The notes under the pieces were generated by a model. The model was given only the letters and a program-made list of their open reading frames with translations. It had not been told where the DNA came from and ran no database searches. Below, one piece after another: positions 7,279 to 17,510 of a DNA stretch of 64,000 bases (position 1 is the stretch's first letter; every line of letters begins with the position of its first letter). This stretch comes from Bacteroidales bacterium (GTDB lineage Bacteria; Bacteroidota; Bacteroidia; Bacteroidales; JAADJA01), in NCBI GenBank assembly GCA_016933115.1, contig JAFGBL010000074.1, forward strand, positions 3,684 through 67,683, read 5' to 3'. The position numbers were made by a program, and so were the translations under genes.

Positions 7279-9747
7279 ATGACAAAAATCAATTTCAAGC
7301 AGTTTATTCCCTATATTGTTGGGATAATAATTTTCATCATCATTTCACTGGTTTATTTAAGCCCATTACTGGAGGGTAAAAAATTAAAGCAGGACGATAT
7401 CACCCGGCATACCGGCATGTCGAAAGAAATTGTTGATTTCAGGGAGAAAACAGGTGAAGAGCCTTTGTGGACCAATTCCATGTTTAGCGGAATGCCGGCT
7501 TACCAAATTTCGGTTGAATATAACGGAAATCTCGTCCGGTTCATCGACAAGATCATGATGCTGGGATTACCCCGTCCGGCAGGAATGGTATTCCTTTATA
7601 TGCTAGGATTTTTCATCCTCTTGTTGGTATTGCGGGTAAATCCCTGGTTGGCAATTGCAGGATCCATTGCTTTCGGATTTTCTTCCTACTTTTTTATCAT
7701 TCTTGAAGCCGGGCATAATTCAAAAGCGCATGCCATCGGTTACATGGCTCCACTATTGGCAGGTGTAATCCTTACATACCGGGGAAAATATATGGTTGGC
7801 GGAGTTTTAACCGCCCTGTTTATGGCGCTGGAACTCAGGGCAGGCCACCCGCAAATTTCTTACTATTTATTTTTATTGCTCCTTATTTTTGGAATATCCG
7901 AATTGATCAATGCAGTTCAATCGAAAAAATATGCTCCTTTTGTCAGGTCAACGGTTATTGTAATCGTTGCCGGACTTTTTGGGGTTCTGACAAATATCAG
8001 TAATCTTTGGGCGACCTATGAATACGGCAAAGAAACGATTCGTGGTAAAACGGAGTTGTCGACCGAACTGGAAAACCGGACTTCAGGGCTCGATAAGGAT
8101 TATGCTACACAATGGAGTTATGGAGTCGGTGAAACCTGGTCGCTGTTGGTTCCCAACATCAACGGCGGAGCTTCCAGACCGATTGGCAATAACTCATCAG
8201 CACTAGATAAAGTTGACCCGAGATACAGGGAATATGTAGCAGGATCATCACAGTATTTCGGGAATCAGCCGTTTACTTCCGGGCCGGTGTATGCAGGAGC
8301 CATTGTCGTATTTCTTTTTGTTTACGGATTGTTTTTAGTGAAAGGCAGAATGAAATGGTGGCTACTTGCCGGAACCATTTTATCAGTGATGCTGGCCTGG
8401 GGAAAAAATTTCATGCCTTTGACTGAATTTTTCCTTGAGTATTTTCCGGGGTACAATAAATTCAGAGCCGTTTCCATGACGCTGGTGATCGCCGAGCTGA
8501 CCATTCCATTGTTGGCATTTTTAGCTCTGGACAAGGCCATATCCGATCCTAAGGTTATGAAAAAGAAAGTCAACATATTCAATTTTAAGGTTGATCCGTT
8601 GTACATGGCATTTGGGATCACAGCCGGTATTACCTTGCTTTTTGCTCTGCTTCCGGATGTTTTCTTTAATTTTTTAAGCGATCAGGAAGTGGCTGCAATT
8701 GCAAAACAGAAGCAATCAAACCCGGAAATGGCCACTCAGATCACCGATTTTTACAACAACCTGGAAGCAGCCAGAATGTCCATTTTTAAAACCGATGCCT
8801 TCCGGTCGTTTATTTTTATTTTGTTGGCCGGGCTGGTCATCTGGGCGTTTCGGGTTTCAAAACTCAAAAAAGGGCCGGTAATTGCCCTGATTGCCTTACT
8901 TGTTCTGGTAGATATGTGGGCAGTAAATAAAAGGTATTTGAATAACGATAATTTCATTTCCGAGACGAAAGCCGGCAACCTGTTCCCCAAAACAAAGGCC
9001 GATGAATTGATATTGAAAGATTCGGATCCGAATTTCAGGGTGTTGAACCTCACGGTCGATCCGTTTGCCGATGCAAGTACATCCTATTACCACAAATCGA
9101 TTGGCGGTTATCATGGAGCCAAGCTGAGAAGGTACCAGGAACTTTATGATCACCAGATCAAAGGCGGGATCAACATGGCAGTTTTAAATATGTTGAACAC
9201 CAAATACATCATTCAACTGGGGGACAATAACAAACCTACAGTAATTCCGAATGCGCAGGCTTGCGGTAGTGCATGGTTTGTTGAGGAATTTAAGATGGTA
9301 AAAAATGCGGATGAAGAGTTGGATGCATTGTCGGGTTTTGATCCTGAAATGACTGCTGTTATCGATGAACGGTTCTCAAAGTATATTGCAGATTTCAAAC
9401 CTGTATATGATTCAAGTGCCCGGATCAAATTGGTTGAATACCTGCCCAACCATCTGAAATACCAGGTAAATATTTCCAAAGATCAATTCGCAGTGTTTTC
9501 TGAAATTTATTACGATAAAGGATGGAATGCATACGTTGATGGTGAGCCCACACCGCATATACGTGTTGATTTTGTTTTACGAGGTATGATCATACCGGCC
9601 GGAAAGCACCTGGTAGAGTTCAAGTTTGAACCGAAAGCATATTATATCGGTGAAAAAATTTCGTTTGCATCCTCCCTTTTATTGATACTGGTTGTAATCG
9701 GTTACGGGATTTTTGAGATCAGGAAATACTTCCGAAAAGAGGCATGA
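7279..9747 (+). CDS. YfhO family membrane protein (GT-C-like glycosyltransferase)
   Basis: 822 aa. It has a polytopic N-terminal half (many hydrophobic segments), a large soluble C-terminal domain and a terminal TM. The overall layout and the ..YQISVEYNG.. region match YfhO-family proteins. Confidence 0.7.
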   Translation: MTKINFKQFIPYIVGIIIFIIISLVYLSPLLEGKKLKQDDITRHTGMSKEIVDFREKTGEEPLWTNSMFSGMPAYQISVEYNGNLVRFIDKIMMLGLPRPAGMVFLYMLGFFILLLVLRVNPWLAIAGSIAFGFSSYFFIILEAGHNSKAHAIGYMAPLLAGVILTYRGKYMVGGVLTALFMALELRAGHPQISYYLFLLLLIFGISELINAVQSKKYAPFVRSTVIVIVAGLFGVLTNISNLWATYEYGKETIRGKTELSTELENRTSGLDKDYATQWSYGVGETWSLLVPNINGGASRPIGNNSSALDKVDPRYREYVAGSSQYFGNQPFTSGPVYAGAIVVFLFVYGLFLVKGRMKWWLLAGTILSVMLAWGKNFMPLTEFFLEYFPGYNKFRAVSMTLVIAELTIPLLAFLALDKAISDPKVMKKKVNIFNFKVDPLYMAFGITAGITLLFALLPDVFFNFLSDQEVAAIAKQKQSNPEMATQITDFYNNLEAARMSIFKTDAFRSFIFILLAGLVIWAFRVSKLKKGPVIALIALLVLVDMWAVNKRYLNNDNFISETKAGNLFPKTKADELILKDSDPNFRVLNLTVDPFADASTSYYHKSIGGYHGAKLRRYQELYDHQIKGGINMAVLNMLNTKYIIQLGDNNKPTVIPNAQACGSAWFVEEFKMVKNADEELDALSGFDPEMTAVIDERFSKYIADFKPVYDSSARIKLVEYLPNHLKYQVNISKDQFAVFSEIYYDKGWNAYVDGEPTPHIRVDFVLRGMIIPAGKHLVEFKFEPKAYYIGEKISFASSLLLILVVIGYGIFEIRKYFRKEA

Positions 9748-11048
9748 AGAAGGTTCTGATCATAACTTATTACTGGCCTCCCGGAGGAGGAGCAGGCGTT
9801 CAGCGGTGGCTTAAATTTGTGAAATACCTGCGTGATTTCGGTTGGGAGCCGGTTGTTTATACGCCTGAAAATCCTGAATACCCTGCTATCGATGAATCCC
9901 TGCAAAATGATATTCCCAATGGAATCAAGGTTTTGAAAAGAAAAATCCGGGAACCTTACTCGGCCTATAAGGTTTTTGTTGGAAGAAAAAAGGAGGACCG
10001 GATAAAGGCAGGATTTCTATCGGAAAAGAAAAATCCGGGGTTGTTTGAAAATATTTCGGTTTGGGTACGGGGCAATCTCTTTATCCCGGATGCCCGGAAG
10101 TTCTGGATAAAACCTTCCGTAAGATTTTTAAATTCATACTTGAAAGTAAATCCGGTGGATGCGATTGTGTCGACAGGCCCCCCGCACAGCATGCATTTAA
10201 TTGCTCTTCAGGTTGCCCGTGCATCGGATATTCCCTGGATAGCCGATTTCCGTGATCCCTGGACGCAAATTGATTTTTACCATGATCTCAGGTTGTCCTC
10301 ATCCGCTGATAAAAAACACCGTCGATTGGAAAAGGAAGTTTTAGCATCGGCACACCGAGTTATCGTCATCAGCCCATCGATGGGAAGGGAGATGAAAAAA
10401 ATTGTTAACCGGAATTATGACGTCATCACCAACGGTTATGACGATTCAGATTATGAGGCCGGAAAAGTGATTCTGGACAAGAAATTTTCAATCGCGCACA
10501 TCGGTTCCATGGTCAGGACACGAAACCCTGAAACCCTATGGAAAGTGCTATCTGAGTTGATTGAAGAAAATAGGGAATTTGAACAAGAAATCGCAATCAA
10601 ACTGATCGGGCAGGTGGATTATTCAATCAATGAATCTATTCAGAACAATCGACTGGAAAATTATGTAACAAAAATCGATTATCTCAGCCATACAGAGGCA
10701 ATTGCCATACAGCAACAGGTTCAGGTCCTGCTTTTGCTGGTCAATCAAACACCCAATGCCCGGATGGTGCTTACCGGAAAAATTTTTGAATACATGGGCT
10801 CGGGCAGGCCGATCCTTTGCATTGGGCCAACGGATGGCGATGCAGCTAAAATCATCGCGGAGGCAGGTGTTGGAAAAACAGTCGCACCAAACGATGCTGC
10901 CGGTTTGAAAAAAAGTATTCTCGAATATTTTGATCTTTATTTAAAGGGTAAACTGAGTGTAGATGGAGTCAATATTGATCGGTTTTCCAGAAGAAATCTT
11001 ACACAAAAACTGGCTGAAGTTTTGAATGAATTGATGAATAAGTCCTGA
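9744..11048 (+). CDS. glycosyltransferase, GT-B fold (GT4-like)
   Basis: 434 aa. The N-terminus MKKVLIITYYWPPGGGAGVQRW is typical of a Bacteroidota GT4 subgroup. Its start overlaps the yfhO stop (ATGA, 9744-9747). Confidence 0.7.
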   Translation: MKKVLIITYYWPPGGGAGVQRWLKFVKYLRDFGWEPVVYTPENPEYPAIDESLQNDIPNGIKVLKRKIREPYSAYKVFVGRKKEDRIKAGFLSEKKNPGLFENISVWVRGNLFIPDARKFWIKPSVRFLNSYLKVNPVDAIVSTGPPHSMHLIALQVARASDIPWIADFRDPWTQIDFYHDLRLSSSADKKHRRLEKEVLASAHRVIVISPSMGREMKKIVNRNYDVITNGYDDSDYEAGKVILDKKFSIAHIGSMVRTRNPETLWKVLSELIEENREFEQEIAIKLIGQVDYSINESIQNNRLENYVTKIDYLSHTEAIAIQQQVQVLLLLVNQTPNARMVLTGKIFEYMGSGRPILCIGPTDGDAAKIIAEAGVGKTVAPNDAAGLKKSILEYFDLYLKGKLSVDGVNIDRFSRRNLTQKLAEVLNELMNKS

Positions 11049-11049
11049 T

Positions 11050-12063
11050 TTAGTTGTTTATCACTTTGTTGACGAATCGGGAAATATCATAATTTCCATT
11101 GAATATCTTGTACAATTCCGACATGATGGGGTAATGGCAATTGGGCGAAGTAGTCTTTGAGATTTCATCACAGAATATACTTACTGCAATTTTTCCTTCC
11201 AGCACTACTTTATCAGAAATGTCATTAACAAAAAATCCTTTACCTATCAATAGTCCGAGTGTCCGGTTCCGGCTCAGGTCGTTGAGGGCAGTCAACGTAA
11301 AATCACCATAACCGCAATAGTTGAACATGGTTTCAGGATTGCCCCCATACCTGACCAGAATTTGTTTCATTTCGTTGAAAGCACGGGTGAGGAATAAAAA
11401 ACGGAGGTTGGGCGAATTGAAATGTGCATCCACAATCCCCATGGCTATGGCATAAATGTTTTTCAGGATGCTTAATAATTCTACCCCTTTAACGTCCGTT
11501 GAAAAATCAATATGTACGGGTGTATCCTTGAAAATCTCCTGGAAGAGTGCGAAGTGTTCGGGATTTTTCGATCCCAATGTAAAAGCCGTAGGTAATTTTT
11601 GGATTAATTCACGGGCGAATGTGGGCCCCTTAAAAGCACACACCGGATTTGAAATTTTGTCGCTCAATGATTCCGTGATGGTATTTTGTTCCCGGCTGAA
11701 TCCTTTGGCCAGGTTCAGCAGAATGGCATTCTTCTTCAGATAGTTCCTATGCTCCAGTATATAATCGACCGTGACAATTGAGGGAATCGCCAGAAAAACA
11801 ATATCCGCATCTTTGAGAATCTCAGGGTCGGACGAAGCTTTTAGGAACTTGGCCAGTTTTATATTTGGAAAATACTTAAAATTGAGCCGTTTATTGTTGA
11901 TGGAATCAACAACATCCTTCTCAATGGAATAGAGATAAATCTCTTTATCGCGTTTACGTGCAATGATATTTCCAAGCGCCGTCCCAATGGAGCCGGCGCC
12001 GATGATGGTTATGTTATTTTGGAAATCGCCCATTTTAAATCCGATTGGCATGAATGCAAACAA
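11050..12063 (-). CDS. gpsA: NAD(P)H-dependent glycerol-3-phosphate dehydrogenase-like protein
   Basis: Rossmann motif IIGAGSIGTALG, plus ..LKNIYAIAMG.. and ..LSRNRTLGLLIGKG.., which match GpsA landmarks. The likelier start is ATG 12033 (MGDFQNNITIIGAG). Confidence 0.6.
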   Translation of the reverse strand: MFAFMPIGFKMGDFQNNITIIGAGSIGTALGNIIARKRDKEIYLYSIEKDVVDSINNKRLNFKYFPNIKLAKFLKASSDPEILKDADIVFLAIPSIVTVDYILEHRNYLKKNAILLNLAKGFSREQNTITESLSDKISNPVCAFKGPTFARELIQKLPTAFTLGSKNPEHFALFQEIFKDTPVHIDFSTDVKGVELLSILKNIYAIAMGIVDAHFNSPNLRFLFLTRAFNEMKQILVRYGGNPETMFNYCGYGDFTLTALNDLSRNRTLGLLIGKGFFVNDISDKVVLEGKIAVSIFCDEISKTTSPNCHYPIMSELYKIFNGNYDISRFVNKVINN

Positions 12064-12177
12064 AAGTAATCAATTATTTCCTTTGGCTGTATTTTAGGAA
12101 AAACCGGCCATAAAATCGAGGGAATTGATTATGTTTGCAGGAGAAAAACTTGAAACAGCATTTAATTCCCGATATGG

Positions 12178-13197
12178 ATGAAAAATGTCATTTTCATTAA
12201 CCTCACCGATTCATCTTTTGTCCGTTTGGATGAAGAGATTCTCAAGAAACATTACCGGGTGACTTCATTCAAATTCAGGTATAAAAAAGGAATTAAAATT
12301 CTGATCGACCTGATCCGTCAGTTCTTGTTCATGACTGTTCATATTTGGAAAGCCGATTTAATCTATATCTGGTTTGCCGATTTTCATGCGGTAATTCCAA
12401 CTTTATTTGGAAAATTGTTTGCAAGGAAAGTAGTCATTGTAATCGGAGGCTACGATGCGGTTTATGACAAAGCATTGAATTACGGGGCAAAAACCAGGTT
12501 TGTCGGGAAATACAGCGTGAAAATTGTAACAGCTTTAGCGGATCAGCTATTACCCGTTTCAAATCATACATTAAACGAATTGTTGAAAAACCATAACCCA
12601 AACCTTGAAAAGAAATCCATGGTAATTTATAATGCATTCAATCCCATGTTCCGATGCAATGACCAGATCAGGAGGGAAAATACAGTTGCTACAATATGCC
12701 TGACCAACACCAAAAAAACTTTGTTCATCAAAGGTGTCGACTTTTATGTGGAAGTTGCAAAGCAAATGCCCTGGGTTACTTTTCAGGTTATCGGACCTGG
12801 CGGTGAGGCTAAGGAATATCTTGAATCAATCAGCTCCGAAAATGTTGTTTTAATCGAAAGGGTTCCACCGGAAGAGTTGAGGGAAATTTTATGCCGGACA
12901 AAAGTGATCTGCCAGTTTTCGAGGCATGAAGCATTTGGTGTGGCCCTGCTCGAAGGAATATCCTGCGGGTGTAATCCGGTGGGTTATGGCCATGCCGGGA
13001 CAAAGGAAATCCTGTCCGGGGAGTTTGGAATATCGATCCCTGTGCTTGAGGTAAATCAAGGTAAACAAGCAATTGAAACAGCCTTGGGATTGTTTGATAA
13101 CAATCAACAGGAGAAATTTAAGTTACTGATGGAAAAATTCTCGCAGGAAAAAAGGGAAAAAAGAATAATATCGTTTCTGGAAGAAATTCACTTGTAA
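12178..13197 (+). CDS. glycosyltransferase family 1/4 (GT-B)
   Basis: 339 aa. Has the C-terminal EX7E-type motif HEAFGVALLEGISCG. A TATGTTTG (TAnnTTTG) box lies at 12130-12137. Confidence 0.65.
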   Translation: MKNVIFINLTDSSFVRLDEEILKKHYRVTSFKFRYKKGIKILIDLIRQFLFMTVHIWKADLIYIWFADFHAVIPTLFGKLFARKVVIVIGGYDAVYDKALNYGAKTRFVGKYSVKIVTALADQLLPVSNHTLNELLKNHNPNLEKKSMVIYNAFNPMFRCNDQIRRENTVATICLTNTKKTLFIKGVDFYVEVAKQMPWVTFQVIGPGGEAKEYLESISSENVVLIERVPPEELREILCRTKVICQFSRHEAFGVALLEGISCGCNPVGYGHAGTKEILSGEFGISIPVLEVNQGKQAIETALGLFDNNQQEKFKLLMEKFSQEKREKRIISFLEEIHL

Positions 13198-13829
13198 ACC
13201 CTGAACAGTTCGCTCAGCCTTTTCCATACAAAGTTGGCAAACCGGTATTTAAGGTAGGTCGGTGGTCTTGATTTAATCCTGGATTCATCAATGCCATCAT
13301 AGTTCACTGTTTCGGGTTTTAGATCGCAAAATTCAAAAAGCCTTTTAACAAGGTCTTCATCCTTTTTCAGCAGTCTTTCGGCAACCAGCGGGAAAACGGG
13401 ATATTGGGAATCGACCATGAAATCATAGAACCAGACCATCCTTTCGAAATAATAAATAAAACTGCGTCCCCATTTATTCATCGAACTCAAAATGATGTTT
13501 TGCGGATTGCGGAAAACATAAATTACCTTGATCTCCCGATGTGTAAATGCCTTTAGTTCGTTGATGAACTGGATGATAAACGGAAGTTTCAGGATGATCA
13601 CCCGGTCTTCGGGCAGGCTTTGAAAAAATTCCGTCAAATCGTCTTTTTTAAATTTTTTCCGGTTTTGAACAAAGGCATCTATCTTTTCACTTTCGAAGCG
13701 TTCATAATCCAGTACTTCGTTTGGGTCGCCCATGGTATCGTCGCTAAATCCACCGTTTTGTATAAGCAATTTACTGACCATGGAAGTATACGATTGGGGC
13801 ACACCGGCTATGATGATGATTGGCTTCAT
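13188..13829 (-). CDS. sulfotransferase-like protein (degenerate PAPS-binding motifs)
   Basis: 213 aa. IIIAGVPQSYTSMV resembles the 5'-PSB loop and VFRNPQNIILSS resembles the 3'-PB motif (RxPxDxxxS) of PAPS sulfotransferases. Both are divergent. Confidence 0.4.
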   Translation of the reverse strand: MKPIIIIAGVPQSYTSMVSKLLIQNGGFSDDTMGDPNEVLDYERFESEKIDAFVQNRKKFKKDDLTEFFQSLPEDRVIILKLPFIIQFINELKAFTHREIKVIYVFRNPQNIILSSMNKWGRSFIYYFERMVWFYDFMVDSQYPVFPLVAERLLKKDEDLVKRLFEFCDLKPETVNYDGIDESRIKSRPPTYLKYRFANFVWKRLSELFRVYK

Positions 13830-13834
13830 AAACT

Positions 13835-15292
13835 TCAGAATTTCAAACGAACCCTCAGTTCGTTAATAACATTAATGAGTTCTCTTTTATATAATAATAC
13901 CAGGCTCAAAAAAATAATTGCAACGACAACCGCTGCGCTTGCAAATTCGTTTAATCCGTATTGTACATTTATTATTTCAAGCAGTACGGTAAGAATAATG
14001 ATAATTATAGGGTAGACCATGACCTTATTCATATTCCAGGAAATTTTGACAAGGCGTTGCTGGTAAATGAAGATGCCGAAAACCTGTATGGTTTGTGTGA
14101 TCAGCATGGCAGCGACTGCACCATAAATTCCATATAAGGGGACAAGAAAATATAGAAACAGCAGGTTCAAACCGAGCACTACTAAATTGAGGTAGAGGAA
14201 AACTTTTGTCTTTTTCTCAAAGTACACCGGGAAAGAAAAAACAGTGTACTGCATTCTTTGGATGTATCTGATAAAAACAATGGCGATCAAACCGGAAGCC
14301 AGGCGCAATTCGGTTTTGAAAATAAGGCAATAGGCCATGGCAGGTAAAATTGCCAGTGCAATGATCAGTTGGCTTTGAGCCATCAGCAAATGCGATAGTT
14401 TTTTGATCTCCCCCATGTTTTTTTCGAACCCGTCTTTCATGAACCTGAACATTTCGGGCTGGGAGGCCCCCTGTAATCCCTGCAAAATAATTTCGATTCC
14501 CCGGCCCATGAGTAATGCCTGGCTATAAATACCCAGGGCAGTGGGTGCACTTTCCAGGAAGTAACGGTCGGCAAAATTGATTCCCCAGACGATGATGGAG
14601 TACTCAAAAAGCGGCAGAGCAAACTGGTTGACCGGAGAGAGAATTTTGCGATCGATGTGGAATCCTGATTTGTTATAAGTATAAACAAGAATTACAATGG
14701 TGACGATACTGCTTCCGATCAAATTCCCATAAACATACCCGATAAAGCTCATGTCGTAATAAAAAACTCCAATTAACTGGAAAACAGATCGCAAAATACC
14801 CAGAATAATGCTCAGGATCAGGAAACGGCGGACTTTTTTTTCATTCCTGTAAAGGGCAAAAGCAGTCATATTAATTGCCCGGTTCATTCCGGTGATAATG
14901 GCTGCAAAACCATATTTCGAGAAATCCTGCAACTCGGGCTGTGAAAATATTTGGCCGATCAGATCCCTGAAAACATAGGCGATAACCAGTAAAACCAGCC
15001 CCCTGAGCAGGATAAAATTGAATATCCCCGAAACCAGTTTATTGTAACCCTTTTTATTGTCTGTATAATCATAGTAGAACCGGCTTATGGCATTGTTCAT
15101 GGCAAATGTTGCAATGATAAAAGCAAGGGTGATGATGGTTTCGGTGATTTCGATTTGCGAGAAATCGCCCGGGCCGAGTTTGCCTTCGCCTTCGATGAGC
15201 GGCCTGACAAAAAGGTTCAGGAAAGGAGGAAAGGCTGCTACTGCAGTATATAAAAAGGAAATTTTAAAAAATTCTTTATTGTTCAGTTTCAT
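13835..15292 (-). CDS. polysaccharide flippase, MOP/Wzx-like
   Basis: 485 aa, almost entirely hydrophobic with roughly 12-14 helices. It sits 5 nt upstream of the sulfotransferase-like gene on the same strand. Confidence 0.55.
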   Translation of the reverse strand: MKLNNKEFFKISFLYTAVAAFPPFLNLFVRPLIEGEGKLGPGDFSQIEITETIITLAFIIATFAMNNAISRFYYDYTDNKKGYNKLVSGIFNFILLRGLVLLVIAYVFRDLIGQIFSQPELQDFSKYGFAAIITGMNRAINMTAFALYRNEKKVRRFLILSIILGILRSVFQLIGVFYYDMSFIGYVYGNLIGSSIVTIVILVYTYNKSGFHIDRKILSPVNQFALPLFEYSIIVWGINFADRYFLESAPTALGIYSQALLMGRGIEIILQGLQGASQPEMFRFMKDGFEKNMGEIKKLSHLLMAQSQLIIALAILPAMAYCLIFKTELRLASGLIAIVFIRYIQRMQYTVFSFPVYFEKKTKVFLYLNLVVLGLNLLFLYFLVPLYGIYGAVAAMLITQTIQVFGIFIYQQRLVKISWNMNKVMVYPIIIIILTVLLEIINVQYGLNEFASAAVVVAIIFLSLVLLYKRELINVINELRVRLKF

Positions 15293-15399
15293 GCAGGGTG
15301 TTCTGATGAACGATTGATTTGCAATATTAAGGAATTTTGGAAATAGTAATCCTGATTAAAATAAAGGACAATCCCGGAAAGCAAAAATATAGTATGAAA

Positions 15400-17496
15400 T
15401 CAGCGCAGGATGAGTTTCTTTGTTTCATTAAATTGTTCCGTCCTGATTGAAATTAAATATATGCCGGATTTATAATTTTCCAAGTTAACCTGTTCCCTGA
15501 TCGTTCCCTGTAAAACATCAAAATTTTTAATAACATCCACCACCCGCCCCGACAAATCATAAACAATCATTTGAACGGGGGCCCTGTCCTTCAATTCATA
15601 TTCAATCCAAAAAGGCCCGGAAGTTGGATTGGGATAAATTTTTAGATTATTTGGTTCATCGGCAACCGGGTTCAGAATGCCCGAAACCAGCGGCCCGCCA
15701 CCGTTATCGGTAAACAGGATGGTTCCTCCCGATCCGGCTAACACGCCGGTTTGTTCATCCAGAAAATTCAAACCGTACAAATTGTTGGATGTAAACTGAT
15801 CCCTGAATTTTTTCCAGGTTTGACCGCCATCGGTTGTTTTGATGATCAGTCCGCCGTCACCGCAAATATATCCAGTGTTATTGGATGGAAACTCAATTCC
15901 GTGCAAGGCTGTTGTGTAATCGGTTATTAACAAATCCCAGCTTTCACCGCCATCTGTTGTTTTCCTTATCGAACCATTGTAACCCACCACAAATCCCAGG
16001 GATTCATTCAGGAATTCAATATCGTAAAGCGGCACACCGGTTCCACTGGATAGATGGGAAAACGTGGAATCGTCTGTCGATTTAAGGATAGTGCCACCAT
16101 CACCGGTGATATAACAATCACCATTGGTGTTGAAATAGATTGAATATAAATTTTCGTTGGTAATACCGGGCATTGTATTCCAGGTAACTCCGTAATTTGT
16201 CGTCTTTAAAAAGGTACCTCCAAATCCCACGGCAAACCCGGTGGAAGGTGAAGAAAATCCGATGGCAAATAATGGCTTCTGCATTGGTCCGTAAAGGGTA
16301 TTAAAATGAGTACCGCCATCGGTAGTTTTATAAATTGTCCCATTATTTCCGGCCAGGTAAAGGGTGTCGGAATCGATAACAGCCAAGTCATTGATACTTT
16401 CAAAAAATTCAGCGGCCGCTTCCCACTTTGTTGGACTACCCTGGGTCCGCATCAAAATACCAATGTTATTGAACGGATCTCCTCCCACAGCAAAACCAAG
16501 CATATCGTTCAGCAGCCGAACTTTCTGCATCGACCTTACGATCAATTGGGTTTTGTGCATCCACACCTGTCCCCAGTTGGTACAACTTATGATTGATCCA
16601 AAATCACCAGCCAGATAAATGATTGAATCCTTTTTACAGGAAGATGAAATATCGGCGATGGAATACGAATTCAGGGGTTCCCAGTTACCTCCGCCATTTT
16701 GGGTAAATAGAACGTATCCTTCCTTACCTGCAACAATACCCGTATCGGGATGCGAGAACACGATTGTTTGAAGAGCCAGGTCGTTCAATTCGTAGGAAAT
16801 ATCCGACCAGGTACTTCCGCCATCAGTGGTTTTGAGTATAATGCCGACATTTCCAACGATGTAACCGACCGATTTTGTGGCAAAATAAATATCGAACAAG
16901 GTTTTATTTGTACCGGTTTCAATTTTAGTCCAGTTTCCGCCTGCATTCAGCGTTCTTAATACGGTTCCTTTTTCTCCCACAACAATTCCCGTGTCGCTGT
17001 TGAGGAACAGGATTTTATTGAGCGTTTGGGTAGTGCCCGATTCCAGGAAGAAAACAGTATCGCAACCATCTGTTGTTTTGAGGATAATTCCTTTATATCC
17101 GGCCATGTAACCAACCGACTCGTCGGTAAAATAAACGGAATTTAAATTGGTTTGGGTATTTGAATAAGTTGTTCTCCAACCGCCTTCAGAAGAACTGTAT
17201 TTCATGATTAAACCTCCGGTACCAACCGCGTAACCGGTTTCATTATTTACAAATGAAAATCCCTTGATACTTTCTTTTACGGTTTCATATTCCAGGTTAT
17301 TGAAATACCAATCGATAAAATTACCGGTTGAATAGGCACTGCCAAAATCTGCTACGGTCATTAAAATGTTATCCTCAAATATGGCAATATCGTTGATGCG
17401 GTTGCCATGCGGAAAGGGATTGCCCCAGGTAAACTGGGCATCCACCCGATTGAAAGCAAAAACTAAAATCAGGACGAGTACAAAGGGAAACTTCAT
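15400..17496 (-). CDS. BNR/Ycf48-like beta-propeller protein with T9SS type A C-terminal sorting domain
   Basis: Has a signal peptide (MKFPFVLVLILVFAFNRVDAQ). It carries more than 10 repeats of G-x-I-[LI]-K-T-T-D-G-G-x-[TS]-W type. The C-terminus KIYPNPTSGPFWIEYEL...GIYLISIRTEQFNETKKLILR matches the Por/T9SS type A CTD. Confidence 0.75.
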   Translation of the reverse strand: MKFPFVLVLILVFAFNRVDAQFTWGNPFPHGNRINDIAIFEDNILMTVADFGSAYSTGNFIDWYFNNLEYETVKESIKGFSFVNNETGYAVGTGGLIMKYSSSEGGWRTTYSNTQTNLNSVYFTDESVGYMAGYKGIILKTTDGCDTVFFLESGTTQTLNKILFLNSDTGIVVGEKGTVLRTLNAGGNWTKIETGTNKTLFDIYFATKSVGYIVGNVGIILKTTDGGSTWSDISYELNDLALQTIVFSHPDTGIVAGKEGYVLFTQNGGGNWEPLNSYSIADISSSCKKDSIIYLAGDFGSIISCTNWGQVWMHKTQLIVRSMQKVRLLNDMLGFAVGGDPFNNIGILMRTQGSPTKWEAAAEFFESINDLAVIDSDTLYLAGNNGTIYKTTDGGTHFNTLYGPMQKPLFAIGFSSPSTGFAVGFGGTFLKTTNYGVTWNTMPGITNENLYSIYFNTNGDCYITGDGGTILKSTDDSTFSHLSSGTGVPLYDIEFLNESLGFVVGYNGSIRKTTDGGESWDLLITDYTTALHGIEFPSNNTGYICGDGGLIIKTTDGGQTWKKFRDQFTSNNLYGLNFLDEQTGVLAGSGGTILFTDNGGGPLVSGILNPVADEPNNLKIYPNPTSGPFWIEYELKDRAPVQMIVYDLSGRVVDVIKNFDVLQGTIREQVNLENYKSGIYLISIRTEQFNETKKLILR

Positions 17497-17510
17497 TTGG
17501 GAATGGGTTA

